Assembly (NCBI GenBank): GCA_016839585.1
Contig: JAEOTZ010000015.1
Coordinates: 1,000-64,999 of the forward strand
Source: Promethearchaeota archaeon
GTDB taxonomy: Archaea; Asgardarchaeota; Lokiarchaeia; Sigyniarchaeales; SOKP01
Length of the DNA: 64,000 nucleotides
Direction: 5' to 3'
Shown here: positions 47,537 through 56,356 of the stretch, piece after piece
Position numbering within the stretch: the stretch's first letter is position 1
Layout of the letters: the number at the start of each line of letters is the position of its first letter
Made by a program: the position numbers and the translations under genes
The notes under the pieces: model-generated
The model's database searches: none
Told to the model about the DNA's origin: nothing
The model's input: the letters and a program-made list of their open reading frames with translations, nothing else

Positions 47537-48604
47537 TTAAAACAAGAAAGGATTATCTATCCCCAGATATTTTTCTATAACGTCTAGAATCTCTTCTTTT
47601 TTGCCAATATAACCAATTAATTGATGTGTTGCTTTACCATGAGAAGCATTATCAATTGTTTTAAATGGACTTAACTGAAGCTCAATTTCTCCATAATTTA
47701 AGAAAAATTTATCTGGAGATTCAGAATTATATGATTGGATAACCCCTATCTCAGAATCGGGATGATCTCTTGCAACATCAAAACACTCATCTTGACTTCT
47801 TGGAATATCGTCAGATATTTTAACCAAAAATCCATAATCTTCTGAATCTGGAATTTTAATTATATATCCAATCTTTGCTTTTTTTTCATAATCAATATCT
47901 TCAGGTCGAATTGCCAATTTGTAGATATCGTCCACATCGATTTTGTATGCTACATAATTTTCTCCAATTTTTAAACGAGTTGAAGGAATATTTCGAAAAT
48001 ATGATAAAGGATTTGGATTTGGATTAGTTGTTATGAGAACAGTGCCAGGATTATTAGAACCACCACTAATAATACATGCTAAAGACCAGCCATTCATTTT
48101 TAAATTTGGTTTATAAAAAACACAGTCATCTAAAAACTCTATACCACAATATTCAACACCAGTCCTAATAGGTTCCTCTATAAGTTTGAATTGGCGAGTG
48201 ATTTCCCCATTATATAATTCTTTAGTTCTCTGATTTAGAACTGAGATGGGACTTGAAACAGTACATGAATTAGAATTACTTGCTAAAATCTCATAATGTG
48301 CAGGATCTAACGAAGACTGGCAGAACCAATCTCTAAAATTCTCAGGATCTTTATAAAAGAAGTCACGTTCAGGGCTTATCCAATACCTGTCTCCTCCAAT
48401 TACTCTATTTCGTGTTTTGATGGCTTTTTTAATTTCAGAGTTTATCCACAATAAACTATAGCAATCTTCTCGTGGAAATAATCCTAAAGGACGCCCACCA
48501 TATTCAGATATAATAAATGAGCTTTTATTTTTATGTTTTAATTCAATAAGATTGGTAACATTCCCAACAGAGGAGAATAGAGCATCTTTAGTATAATAAT
48601 TCAT
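47537..48604 (-). CDS. Hypothetical protein (possibly galactose-mutarotase-like, DUF4380-like)
   Basis: Clean 355-aa ORF. GGRPLGLF and IGGDRYWISPE weakly recall the GGxRxWxxPE motif of DUF4380-type proteins. This is a weak assignment. Confidence 0.5.
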   Translation of the reverse strand: MNYYTKDALFSSVGNVTNLIELKHKNKSSFIISEYGGRPLGLFPREDCYSLLWINSEIKKAIKTRNRVIGGDRYWISPERDFFYKDPENFRDWFCQSSLDPAHYEILASNSNSCTVSSPISVLNQRTKELYNGEITRQFKLIEEPIRTGVEYCGIEFLDDCVFYKPNLKMNGWSLACIISGGSNNPGTVLITTNPNPNPLSYFRNIPSTRLKIGENYVAYKIDVDDIYKLAIRPEDIDYEKKAKIGYIIKIPDSEDYGFLVKISDDIPRSQDECFDVARDHPDSEIGVIQSYNSESPDKFFLNYGEIELQLSPFKTIDNASHGKATHQLIGYIGKKEEILDVIEKYLGIDNPFLF

Positions 48605-48701
48605 AATTAAAATTTGTAATTGAGGAATTTAAGGTTTTTTATTTTTTTGAAATCACTTCAATATCGTAATTTTTTTAAAACGCCAAAATAATTTTCTACT
48701 A

Positions 48702-49091
48702 TTGAAAATTGAGGTGATTAAAATCCCAAAAGTAGATCATTTTGAAATCAATGCTGATGACCCTTTAAGGGCAAAAAACTTTTATGAGAGTGTTTTCAAT
48801 TGGAAAATAGAAAAATGGGAAGGTCCTATTGAATACTGGGTAATTGAAGCAGGAGAGGAAAGTGAAGAAGGAATAAATGGTGGTTTACAAAAAAGAGAGG
48901 AACCAGAAGATCAGATTTTTAACTATGTTAAAGTTTCTTCGGTTGATGAAGTAAGTAAATTAATAGAAGATAATGGGGGTACTGTTATTTCACCAAAAAT
49001 TGCAGTACCAGGAGTCGGGTACTTTTATATGTTTAAAGATACTGAAGGAAACAAACTTGGCATAATGGAAGAAGATGAATCAGCAAAATAA
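48702..49091 (+). CDS. VOC/glyoxalase-bleomycin-resistance family protein
   Basis: VDHFEINADDPLRAKNFYESVFNWKIEKW and GVGYFYMFKDTEGNKLGIME. At 129 aa it is typical of a single VOC module pair. Confidence 0.8.
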   Translation: MKIEVIKIPKVDHFEINADDPLRAKNFYESVFNWKIEKWEGPIEYWVIEAGEESEEGINGGLQKREEPEDQIFNYVKVSSVDEVSKLIEDNGGTVISPKIAVPGVGYFYMFKDTEGNKLGIMEEDESAK

Positions 49092-49113
49092 TTTTAAAAA
49101 ATTATTTTTTTTA

Positions 49114-49896
49114 TTATTTCTCATACCCTACTTTTACTATCATTGATAATGTTTCATCAAAAGCGTGGCCCTCAACTGCGCATTTAAAAGACATTTCTTC
49201 TGAGTGAAATAATTCTGTGAAATAGCCTAACCAATATGAACTATATCGTTTATTTTGCCTATGTCGAAATAATAGATGATACTCATCTTCTTTTTCTTTT
49301 GTATACTCAATTGTATGAAAATAATTTGCGACAACCCAAATTTTCTTAATTGCTTGTATAATTTCTTCAATTGCGAGACTCCTAAGGGGTCTACCTGTAT
49401 ACCATAATATTATATCAATAGCTACATTTTTGTGCCAAGGCTTTGCTAAACTTTCTTCTGGAGCTCCAGCAGCAGCTATAAGCTGATTGAAAGTAGTTTT
49501 ACCTATAAGCATCATTTTCATCTCATCTCTAGCTCGAACCCATAGATCTCTATCAAGGTTTTTTTGCTCTCCATAATATTTAACTGCACGTTCTATAAAT
49601 GAAATATTAGACTCATCTTCTTCTATATATTTTTCGATAATAGCATGTATTTCAGGCGAAATTGAATTAAAATCATCATAACATTTAATTGCATTTTTTA
49701 TCAAGTCTGAGATAGTAGTACCTTGTTCCTTATATTTATCAATTAAATCCCTTGTTTCATCACTTACTTTTACATATATAGGTTTATCTTTAGACTCAGG
49801 CTCTTTAGTTTCGTCTTTTTGCGTATCATTACTTTTATCATCAGAAGTTTCGTTTTCTTTTGTGATAGAATCAACTCCTAAAATATTTTTTACCAA
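49114..49896 (-). CDS. Hypothetical protein; possible RHH-like segment and C-terminal V4R (Bet3/TRAPP-related)-like domain
   Basis: IYVKVSDETRDLIDKYKEQGTTISDLIKNAIKCY is RHH-like. The C-terminus SSYWLGYFTELFHSEEMSFKCAVEGHAFDETLSMIVKV resembles the terminal V4R motif (GYLxG ... E.xC ... G). Low-confidence pattern match. Confidence 0.5.
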   Translation of the reverse strand: MVKNILGVDSITKENETSDDKSNDTQKDETKEPESKDKPIYVKVSDETRDLIDKYKEQGTTISDLIKNAIKCYDDFNSISPEIHAIIEKYIEEDESNISFIERAVKYYGEQKNLDRDLWVRARDEMKMMLIGKTTFNQLIAAAGAPEESLAKPWHKNVAIDIILWYTGRPLRSLAIEEIIQAIKKIWVVANYFHTIEYTKEKEDEYHLLFRHRQNKRYSSYWLGYFTELFHSEEMSFKCAVEGHAFDETLSMIVKVGYEK

Positions 49897-50400
49897 TGTC
49901 TCAATTTGAATATATATTTTTATATTTAAATACTTTAATCTTAATATATAAAGGAAATGATGGGATTAAAAAATGTTTTTTTTTATATATAAAGTTATAT
50001 ATGATCATTCTTCTATTTATTTTTACTTCAATTAATTTTATTTCAAATCATTTAATTTTGTCATTAATTGGATTATGTAAAAATTTGGTCCTTATGGATT
50101 TATATGGAATATAATTTTATTTTTCTCTAATACAAAATCAATTGAGTCTAATAGAGAACGAAATCCAATGTTAGACTCAGATTATCTTTTTTTCTCTTTT
50201 AAAGCATTTTTATAAAGTATTTCTCTCTGAATCAAATTATTCATATAGTAATTATATATAAATATATATATCTAAATACTCAATTTAGATAGTTAGAGCT
50301 CTTATTTTTTCAAAGTCATGAATTGATCATAACATTTAAATATATGGTTATATAAATATATATATGGGATAATTTAAAATATAAAAAGATATAAAAATAT

Positions 50401-50895
50401 ATGAGAAAAAAAATGGCATGGATGATACCAATTATAGATAATAGGCGAAATCGAAGTGCTCACCATAAAATTGGTGGATTAATCTCCCTTATCTTGCTAT
50501 TTCTGGGACTTGGCATTTTCTTTTTTAGTTTTCTTAGTTATTCCAAATTCGATGGCTTTGCGATTCATTCAATATGGATTATTGGAGGTATAGTCTTTTT
50601 ATTATCGATTTTTGTTATTATCGGTATTATCGCTGCAGTAGCGAGTGTGAATTCTAAAACAGCGAATATCAATGGATATAAGCAAAATCCATACCGATCT
50701 AAAAACGAAAGTCTTAAAAAAAATCCTTACATACTTCGAAGCCCCGTACAAGTTAACCAGGAAGCACTTTTATTTGATAAACCTGAAAGCACTATTCCTG
50801 TCCATCAAGAAATTCAATATTGCAGATATTGCGGGGAGAAACTAGAGAAAGATGCAAAATTTTGTCATCAATGTGGAATTAAAATTGAGAAGTAA
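50401..50895 (+). CDS. Membrane protein with C-terminal zinc-ribbon
   Basis: Two hydrophobic segments (LISLILLFLGLGIFFFSFL, IWIIGGIVFLLSIFVIIGIIAAVA) and a C-terminal YCRYCGEKLEKDAKFCHQCG zinc-ribbon pattern. Confidence 0.7.
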   Translation: MRKKMAWMIPIIDNRRNRSAHHKIGGLISLILLFLGLGIFFFSFLSYSKFDGFAIHSIWIIGGIVFLLSIFVIIGIIAAVASVNSKTANINGYKQNPYRSKNESLKKNPYILRSPVQVNQEALLFDKPESTIPVHQEIQYCRYCGEKLEKDAKFCHQCGIKIEK

Positions 50896-50938
50896 TAGTA
50901 TTTTTTTGAAATTCTTTTAATATAATTAAATTTGTCAA

Positions 50939-51907
50939 ATGATTAGAAAATCCACGATAAATAGATTTAGGAATATACGTTGGAAGAGAAAAGATACATT
51001 TGCGATAGTTTCAATTTTCTTTATTGGAACAATCATGACTTCAGTGAGTTTTTCTTTTAACCAACTTTATGATATTTTTTTTAGCATTTGTTTAGGTTTA
51101 TTTATCGGGGGGATTCTATTGTCTATTATATCAATATATTTAGCTCAAATGGAATCTAGTCTTTCAGGAGAAGGTGAATTGGATGTTGAGATGGATGTAG
51201 ATGCTGATATTGATGTAGATGTTGATGCAGATATTGACGTAGATGTTGATGCTGATATTGATGTGGATATTGATGTCGATGTTGATGCAGATATCGACGT
51301 GGATATTGATGCTGACGTCGATGTTGATATTGATTATGATATGGGGGTGGAAATAGAATTTGATGCGGTTGAAATTGATGCGGATGTTGACGTGGATGCG
51401 GGGGTAGAAGTGGATTCGGATATGGATATTGATATGGAAGTTGAGACTGAAATTGATACTAGCTTATCCGATATTACCCCCGCACCAATAATGCTCTTAT
51501 TATCCACAGCATTTTTAGTTTTTGGTATTTCTGGTATAATATTGTATTATTCTGTCAACGAAACAGTAAAATTTGTGATACTTTTTATAACACCCCTATT
51601 AGCATATATATTTCTAAAGTGTGTTAATTATGGGTGGAAAAAACTAGCAAAGTCGAGATACTATAGCATATTATCAACCCTGAACTTAATTGGAAGAAAG
51701 GGAGAGATTATTTTACCGGTTGATGAGAGGGGAGGAGTCATAAAAGTTCTCTCCAATACACCTATGAAATATGAAAGGTTACATGTTAAACCGTTAATTG
51801 AGGGATCTGAATTTGAAAGAGGGGATACTGTTTATATTTGTGATACAAAAAATGGTTATTTGTTAGTTGATAATAATAAAAAATTAATTAAAAATAGGAG
51901 GTGGTAA
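50939..51907 (+). CDS. NfeD/YqiJ-like membrane protein with long alternating Asp-hydrophobic repeat
   Basis: N-terminal TM segments, then ~95 aa of (D/E)-(V/I/A/M) dipeptides. More TM segments follow, then a C-terminal OB-like NfeD domain (GRKGEIILPVDERGGVIKV, GDTVYICDTKNGYLLV). It lies upstream of an SPFH gene, the classical NfeD-SPFH pairing. Confidence 0.7.
   Translation: MIRKSTINRFRNIRWKRKDTFAIVSIFFIGTIMTSVSFSFNQLYDIFFSICLGLFIGGILLSIISIYLAQMESSLSGEGELDVEMDVDADIDVDVDADIDVDVDADIDVDIDVDVDADIDVDIDADVDVDIDYDMGVEIEFDAVEIDADVDVDAGVEVDSDMDIDMEVETEIDTSLSDITPAPIMLLLSTAFLVFGISGIILYYSVNETVKFVILFITPLLAYIFLKCVNYGWKKLAKSRYYSILSTLNLIGRKGEIILPVDERGGVIKVLSNTPMKYERLHVKPLIEGSEFERGDTVYICDTKNGYLLVDNNKKLIKNRRW
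51176..51462 (+). repeat. Coding tandem repeat, 6-nt period (GAT-NTN) with a ~24-36 nt higher-order unit
   Basis: gatgtagatgttgatgcagatattgac-type units recur across this span. They translate to DVDADIDVDVDADIDVDVDADIDVDIDVDVDADIDVDIDADVDVDIDYD and degenerate toward the 3' end (EIEFDAVEIDADVDVDAGVEVDSDMDIDMEVETEID). Confidence 0.9.
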
Positions 51908-51911
51908 AGAA

Positions 51912-52145
51912 ATGAGTGTTAAAGAAGAAATATTGGATAAGATAATAATTATTGAAAATTTGAATGAAAAAAATGAAGAATCCTTGAAGGATCATAGGAG
52001 AAAAGTTAGAAAACAGCAAATTTTTAGAGGTCATAGATTAAAACCTAAATTCGTTTTTACTTTTGTAATGTACATTTTATTGATATTAACGTTTATGATT
52101 GTCCCTTTGATGATAACATTATTAATTACCGAATTTGGAGGATAA
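51912..52145 (+). CDS. Small membrane protein (operon partner of NfeD/SPFH)
   Basis: Starts 4 nt after the NfeD-like stop. It has one strong hydrophobic segment, FVFTFVMYILLILTFMIVPLMITLLI. No family recognised. Confidence 0.5.
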   Translation: MSVKEEILDKIIIIENLNEKNEESLKDHRRKVRKQQIFRGHRLKPKFVFTFVMYILLILTFMIVPLMITLLITEFGG

Positions 52146-52241
52146 GTCCAATCTTTTAAATGGATTAATAATGAAATCTGATAAAAAAAGTATAAAAAAA
52201 TTTTATGAAAATTAAAAAAAAGGAGGTTTGAAAAGAAAAAG

Positions 52242-53411
52242 TTGTTATTTGTAGAATTAAATCCATGGTTTGTAGGTTTAGGAGTTGCAATTCCCATAAT
52301 CCTCTTCTTGTTTATAATATTCTTTGCCGCAAGATACAGGAAGTTCAAAACGAATCAATTTGTTATCCATTTACGAAATGGTAAAGTAAAAAGTGCTGGC
52401 TTAGGAGGTAGTTTAATATTATTGCCATTAATCGATGAGTATATAGTCATTCCAACTACAAGTATCCAGACTATCCTTGAGGCTCATGATCAAGTAGTTT
52501 CAAAAGAATACCAGAACATAGAAGTCGTAGGAATGATTATCTGGAAAGTTATTGATCCTGAGAAAGCGTTTAGTGCGGTTTCATGGATACCTAGAGATGA
52601 AAACTATGTGGAAAAAATATTAAAAGGTGCTGCTGAGGCAATTATACGTACCACGTGTGCGAATATGCCACTTGAACTAATTATTAGAGAAAGAAGAGAA
52701 ATAATTGATCATGTTTCAAAAGATTTACACGAATTAACTGCTGATTGGGGTGTAATAATAGAGACCTTTGAGATATTAGAAGTTATTATTCAAGAGCCAG
52801 AATTAAAGAAAAACATGGAAGCGACTAAACAAGCTATTGAATATAGAAAAGCTCGTATTGGTAGAGCTGAAGCTGAAAGGGAATCAAAAATAAGAGAGTT
52901 AGAAGTAAAAAATGATATTGGAATTCAAGAACAACTTGTTGAAAGAGAAATTGAGTTGCGAAGAAAAGAAAAAGAAATTGCTATTGCTGAGCAGGAAAGA
53001 GAACGCAAAAAAATTGAAGCTGATGGTGAAAGGCAGAAGAAAGTTATTGAAGCTGACGCAGATGCACAACAAATAAAAAGAAAGTTAATTGCTCAGGCTG
53101 AAGGTGAAGCTGAAAACATAAAACAACAGATGCTTGCCCAAGCTGAAGGTTTTCTAAAACAAGTAGAAGCGATGAGTAGTGCTGATGAGCGATTTTTAGC
53201 AGTACAATTAACAAATATTTTACCAGAAATTTTCAAGAATTTAAGTCCTGATAAAATGTTTATAATGGGGGAAGGAAATGAGGCATTTACATCACTTTCA
53301 AGAGCAATTATGCCATTTTTACAACTTTTACCGGAATATTCTGATAAAATTAAGGATTTCTTTAATAATGGGGGCACAAAAAAACTTAAAGAAATTCTTG
53401 TTAAGAAATAA
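52242..53411 (+). CDS. SPFH/band-7 protein, flotillin (YqiK)-like
   Basis: N-terminal TM, then an SPFH core (VIHLRNGKV, VVGMIIWKVIDPEKAF, DWGVIIETFEILEV). An Ala/Glu-rich flotillin-type coiled coil follows (RIGRAEAERESKIRELE, AQAEGEAENIKQQMLAQAEGF). Confidence 0.85.
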   Translation: MLFVELNPWFVGLGVAIPIILFLFIIFFAARYRKFKTNQFVIHLRNGKVKSAGLGGSLILLPLIDEYIVIPTTSIQTILEAHDQVVSKEYQNIEVVGMIIWKVIDPEKAFSAVSWIPRDENYVEKILKGAAEAIIRTTCANMPLELIIRERREIIDHVSKDLHELTADWGVIIETFEILEVIIQEPELKKNMEATKQAIEYRKARIGRAEAERESKIRELEVKNDIGIQEQLVEREIELRRKEKEIAIAEQERERKKIEADGERQKKVIEADADAQQIKRKLIAQAEGEAENIKQQMLAQAEGFLKQVEAMSSADERFLAVQLTNILPEIFKNLSPDKMFIMGEGNEAFTSLSRAIMPFLQLLPEYSDKIKDFFNNGGTKKLKEILVKK

Positions 53412-53738
53412 ATTCTGTAAATCAAAAACTAAATAAGGATTTTTAATGAAATTCAGTGATCTATGGGTAAATAAATAAAAAATAATCTTTTTTTTTTTAA
53501 TTTTTAATAAATTAGAATTTTAAATTAATGATAAAATTAGAATATATAATCGCTATTATGCTTATTGGAGGGGTTGTTTTAAAATCAATAATTTTTTGTT
53601 AATTTTCTTAATAAGATTAAAAGAATAAGAATGGGTCTAAAGGAAGCTATGAGAATATGTAATTTTTAATAAAAAATTATTTAAACCTTTAATTCTTAGT
53701 GGATAATTACTAAAAAACACTTTTTAGATGGAAAAAAT

Positions 53739-54398
53739 ATGAGTCTATACCTCTTTATGGTTTGTGTTTTCATTTTTGCAGCCTTAGAAATTTATGGTGA
53801 GTATAAAGATAATGATACATTAATCACAGGCTTTAAGCCGCTCGTATTGCCTTTTATTATTCTGTTTTATATATTTGGAGCTCATGCTAACATTGATTGG
53901 CTAATAGTGGTTGCTCTACTATGTGGATGGGCTGGGGATTTTTTCTTGATGTTAAAGAATGAAAAATGGTTTTTATATGGTATGGTGGCATTTTTATTAA
54001 ACCAAATATTCTTTATAATTTCATTTATCATATCCATAAGTGATATCTCTGATTTTAATATTTGGGGGCTATTCTTGCTTGGGCCTGTAATTTTGATTAT
54101 GTTATTTACAGTTCCAAGATTTATCAATAAAACTGGAGATTTAAAGATTCCCGTATTAGTCTACATGGCTGCTCTACTGATAATGCATATTACCGCGGTT
54201 TTACGGTTAGCTGAATTTGTAGGATTAGAATTTATTTTTATTTACGTTGGCTCTATATTTTTTATCTTTTCTGATGCTTTCCTTGCTTTAAATAAATGGG
54301 ATGAAGCAGCCAAGCAAAAAAGAATAATTAATATGGTAACATATTTTCTAGCGCAATTCTACATCGGTTTAGGTGCTATATTTACCAGTTTAGTGTAA
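53739..54398 (+). CDS. YhhN-family (lysoplasmalogenase/TMEM86-like) membrane protein
   Basis: Polytopic membrane protein, 219 aa, with the motifs LLCGWAGDFFLM and IFFIFSDAFLALNKW, characteristic of the YhhN family. Confidence 0.75.
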   Translation: MSLYLFMVCVFIFAALEIYGEYKDNDTLITGFKPLVLPFIILFYIFGAHANIDWLIVVALLCGWAGDFFLMLKNEKWFLYGMVAFLLNQIFFIISFIISISDISDFNIWGLFLLGPVILIMLFTVPRFINKTGDLKIPVLVYMAALLIMHITAVLRLAEFVGLEFIFIYVGSIFFIFSDAFLALNKWDEAAKQKRIINMVTYFLAQFYIGLGAIFTSLV

Positions 54399-54417
54399 TC
54401 AATTTTCTTTTTTTTTA

Positions 54418-54810
54418 TTATTTTTCAATAAACTTTGTTAATATTTTTTTGAATCTTTTAAATATTGAAGTATCACCATCAAAAGCTATTAAATTCATTC
54501 TAAATTCTTCTATGAATAATTCTTCTAATTTTTTTAGATAACCATTAATATCTTTTTCTTTATCTCTATTAGCGGATTTTAATACAAAGTATATATCATA
54601 AAGTTGATTGCAGAGAAAGTTATAATTAATATCTCCTATTCTAATAATACTACGATATTTTTCCTTATTCTTATCAACAAAGGTTTTGGCAAATGATTGA
54701 ATTGCTGAAAAAAACCCACTTTTTATCTCCGCATTCAATTCTTCATCAGGAGAGAACTTGAAAAGAGTTAATCCCTCTGAATTAATTATTAAAAACTCAC
54801 TAATATACAT
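54418..54810 (-). CDS. Small longin/roadblock-like alpha-beta domain protein
   Basis: 130 aa. ISEFLIINSEGLTLFKF (beta hairpin), IKSGFFSAIQSFAKTF (helix), IIRIGDINYNFLCNQLYDIYFVLKS (beta strands) and a terminal helix. The same pattern occurs in the C-terminal module of ORF 30631-32169. Confidence 0.55.
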   Translation of the reverse strand: MYISEFLIINSEGLTLFKFSPDEELNAEIKSGFFSAIQSFAKTFVDKNKEKYRSIIRIGDINYNFLCNQLYDIYFVLKSANRDKEKDINGYLKKLEELFIEEFRMNLIAFDGDTSIFKRFKKILTKFIEK

Positions 54811-55063
54811 TTTCTAATTCAAATTTCTCCTTTACTCTTGCAATGAATTATATCATTAATTAATTGTAAATTACTCAAATAGCCTCCATTCTTATATTTA
54901 AACTTTTTTTATTAAACATTTATTTCAATTAAAAGAACGAACATAGATTACCAAATATTATTTTGAAAAAATTACATATTGAGCCCTTTTTAAAAGAATT
55001 AGCAATTGCTCTGAATTATTTAAAATTGAGAGAACATTAAAAAAATTTTTAATTTAGGAAAAA

Positions 55064-55077
55064 TTAAGATATTTAAC
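55064..55077 (+). promoter_or_regulatory. Possible TATA-like box upstream of the tRNA pair
   Basis: ttaagatatttaac is centred about 20 nt upstream of tRNA position 1. The background is AT-rich, so specificity is low. Confidence 0.2.
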
Positions 55078-55090
55078 AACGATATTTGAA

Positions 55091-55193
55091 GCCTCTGTTG
55101 CTTAGCCGGTAGAGCGTTGCCTTGGTAAGGCAAAAGATCGGAGCACATCACTTCGAACTGCTAGGGTCGCGGGTTCAATTCCCGCCGGGGGCT
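55091..55193 (+). tRNA. tRNA-Thr (anticodon GGU) with a ~30-nt intron at a non-canonical position (variable-loop region)
   Basis: Acceptor GCCTCTG/CGGGGGC. D-arm GCTT-AGCCGGTA-GAGC. Anticodon arm TTGCC-TTGGTAA-GGCAA with GGT at 55124-55126. T-arm GCGGG-TTCAATT-CCCGC. Discriminator T at 55193. There are 35 nt (55134-55168) between the anticodon stem and the T-stem, where 5 are expected. Confidence 0.85.
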
Positions 55194-55209
55194 TAAAATT
55201 CATTGGATT

Positions 55210-55343
55210 GCCGGTGTGGCTTAGCTGGTTATAAAGCCTTGGTGATTATGCTTGATCACAGCGCCAGACTCATAATCCTTCTGAAAAATTGGGTCAGACT
55301 GGATGTACTCTGGAGGTCGTGGGCTCGAATCCCACCACCGGCA
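55210..55343 (+). tRNA. tRNA with CAU anticodon (elongator Met or Ile2) carrying two introns (~27 nt in D-arm/position 26 region, ~33 nt in the anticodon loop)
   Basis: Acceptor GCCGGTG/CACCGGC. D-stem GCTT with loop AGCTGGTTA. Anticodon stem CCAGA (55264-55268) pairs with TCTGG (55309-55313). Loop CTCATA with CAT at 55271-55273. Variable AGGTC. T-arm GTGGG-CTCGAAT-CCCAC. Discriminator A at 55343. The gene is 134 nt against ~74 expected. The G1:C72 pair argues against an initiator. Confidence 0.8.
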
Positions 55344-55349
55344 TTTTTA
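55344..55349 (+). terminator. Oligo-T tract immediately after the second tRNA
   Basis: TTTTT begins directly after the discriminator base. Archaeal RNA polymerase terminates at oligo-T runs, but such runs are common in this AT-rich DNA. Confidence 0.3.
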
Positions 55350-55413
55350 TTCTTTATTTTTATCTAAACCCTCTAGGGATTGAAACTAAAAAAAATGAAT
55401 TAGAATAACTGAG

Positions 55414-56226
55414 CTATTTTTCTTTAACGAGAGTACTTCCCGCTCGATTTTCTGCTCTTTTTTTAAAGGAAGCTTGGAATCCTGGTTTATAATTCATATA
55501 TTTAGGAATAGGATATCTCAACCCTGCTTTATGAGTTGCTTCTAAACCATCAATCATCATTTCCAATTTACTTTTAGGAATAGAGAACATCACTTCATAA
55601 TCTTCTGCGCCTCCCCATACTCTATCTCCATTTCCTAAAATTATTAGTTGAGGTTTATCAGTTTGATAGGTTTTAATCACGCCAAGGTGGCAAGATCCAA
55701 ACCGACCTGCATCAGTAAACTCTAGTACTCCACCTTCCATATAAAGATATGCTTGGGTTAATCGCATTGCTTGAGCAGGTAGACAGTAGATTTGAACAAC
55801 ATCTGGTTCTACTTTAGTTCTCGTTAAGGGTGAAATTACAAGCCCCATAAATTCATTATTTAGGAAGTATAGATGATTTTGAATTTTTGCGGATGTTGCT
55901 AAATCTTTTGCGTATAGACCTATATTGAATTTTTGACCCCATTCAGCCATCTCTTCTGTAAATAAATCCCAGCCATAAACGGCTCTAGCTAACTTGCAGA
56001 TGCAATCTTTTTCTGTGACTACCATTGTCCAACCGTAAGTACGTACAATTTTAAAATTTTGACAGAGAAAATTTTGCAATTTCAATGTTGAACTAGGTTG
56101 TTTACAATCTGGTGGAATTTCTTCTTCGCTTTTAATCAATTTGATAGCAATTGGAAATGTAAGAGGTCTTAAATATTCTTCAAAATTTTTTCCAAAGTCG
56201 TGATATAATTTCAAATTCTCACTCAT
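55414..56226 (-). CDS. DUF169-like protein (uncharacterised conserved archaeal/bacterial family)
   Basis: 270 aa. The N-terminal LRPLTFPIAIKLIKSEEEIP pattern and conserved Cys-containing core (CICKLARA, GSCHLG) resemble DUF169/COG2043 proteins. Recalled from memory, not verified. Confidence 0.5.
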   Translation of the reverse strand: MSENLKLYHDFGKNFEEYLRPLTFPIAIKLIKSEEEIPPDCKQPSSTLKLQNFLCQNFKIVRTYGWTMVVTEKDCICKLARAVYGWDLFTEEMAEWGQKFNIGLYAKDLATSAKIQNHLYFLNNEFMGLVISPLTRTKVEPDVVQIYCLPAQAMRLTQAYLYMEGGVLEFTDAGRFGSCHLGVIKTYQTDKPQLIILGNGDRVWGGAEDYEVMFSIPKSKLEMMIDGLEATHKAGLRYPIPKYMNYKPGFQASFKKRAENRAGSTLVKEK

Positions 56227-56356
56227 TTTTTAAACCAGTTGACTAAATTATTATTATTTATTATTATTAAGAAATGAATAATGATCACTTATTTTTAATT
56301 AATATTTAGTTTTAACCTAAAAGGTTTTTTATTTCAAAATCTTAAATTAAATTGTT

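Noticed and set aside
49896-50114. 72-aa plus-strand ORF in the AT-rich spacer after 49896
   Set aside because: It gives an extremely Ile/Leu/Phe/Tyr-rich translation from near-pure AT sequence with no upstream context. It is most likely a promoter or intergenic region for the divergent genes.
50254-50366. Two copies of tatataaatatatatat in the 286-nt spacer upstream of the Zn-ribbon/NfeD operon
   Set aside because: This is simple AT-dinucleotide-type low complexity, plausibly promoter or TATA-rich DNA. There is no evidence for a structured element.
52031-54127. Antisense ORFs 52031-52348, 53093-53425 and 53882-54127
   Set aside because: They overlap the small TM gene and SPFH start, the SPFH coiled coil and the YhhN gene respectively. 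The opposite strands carry clear family motifs.
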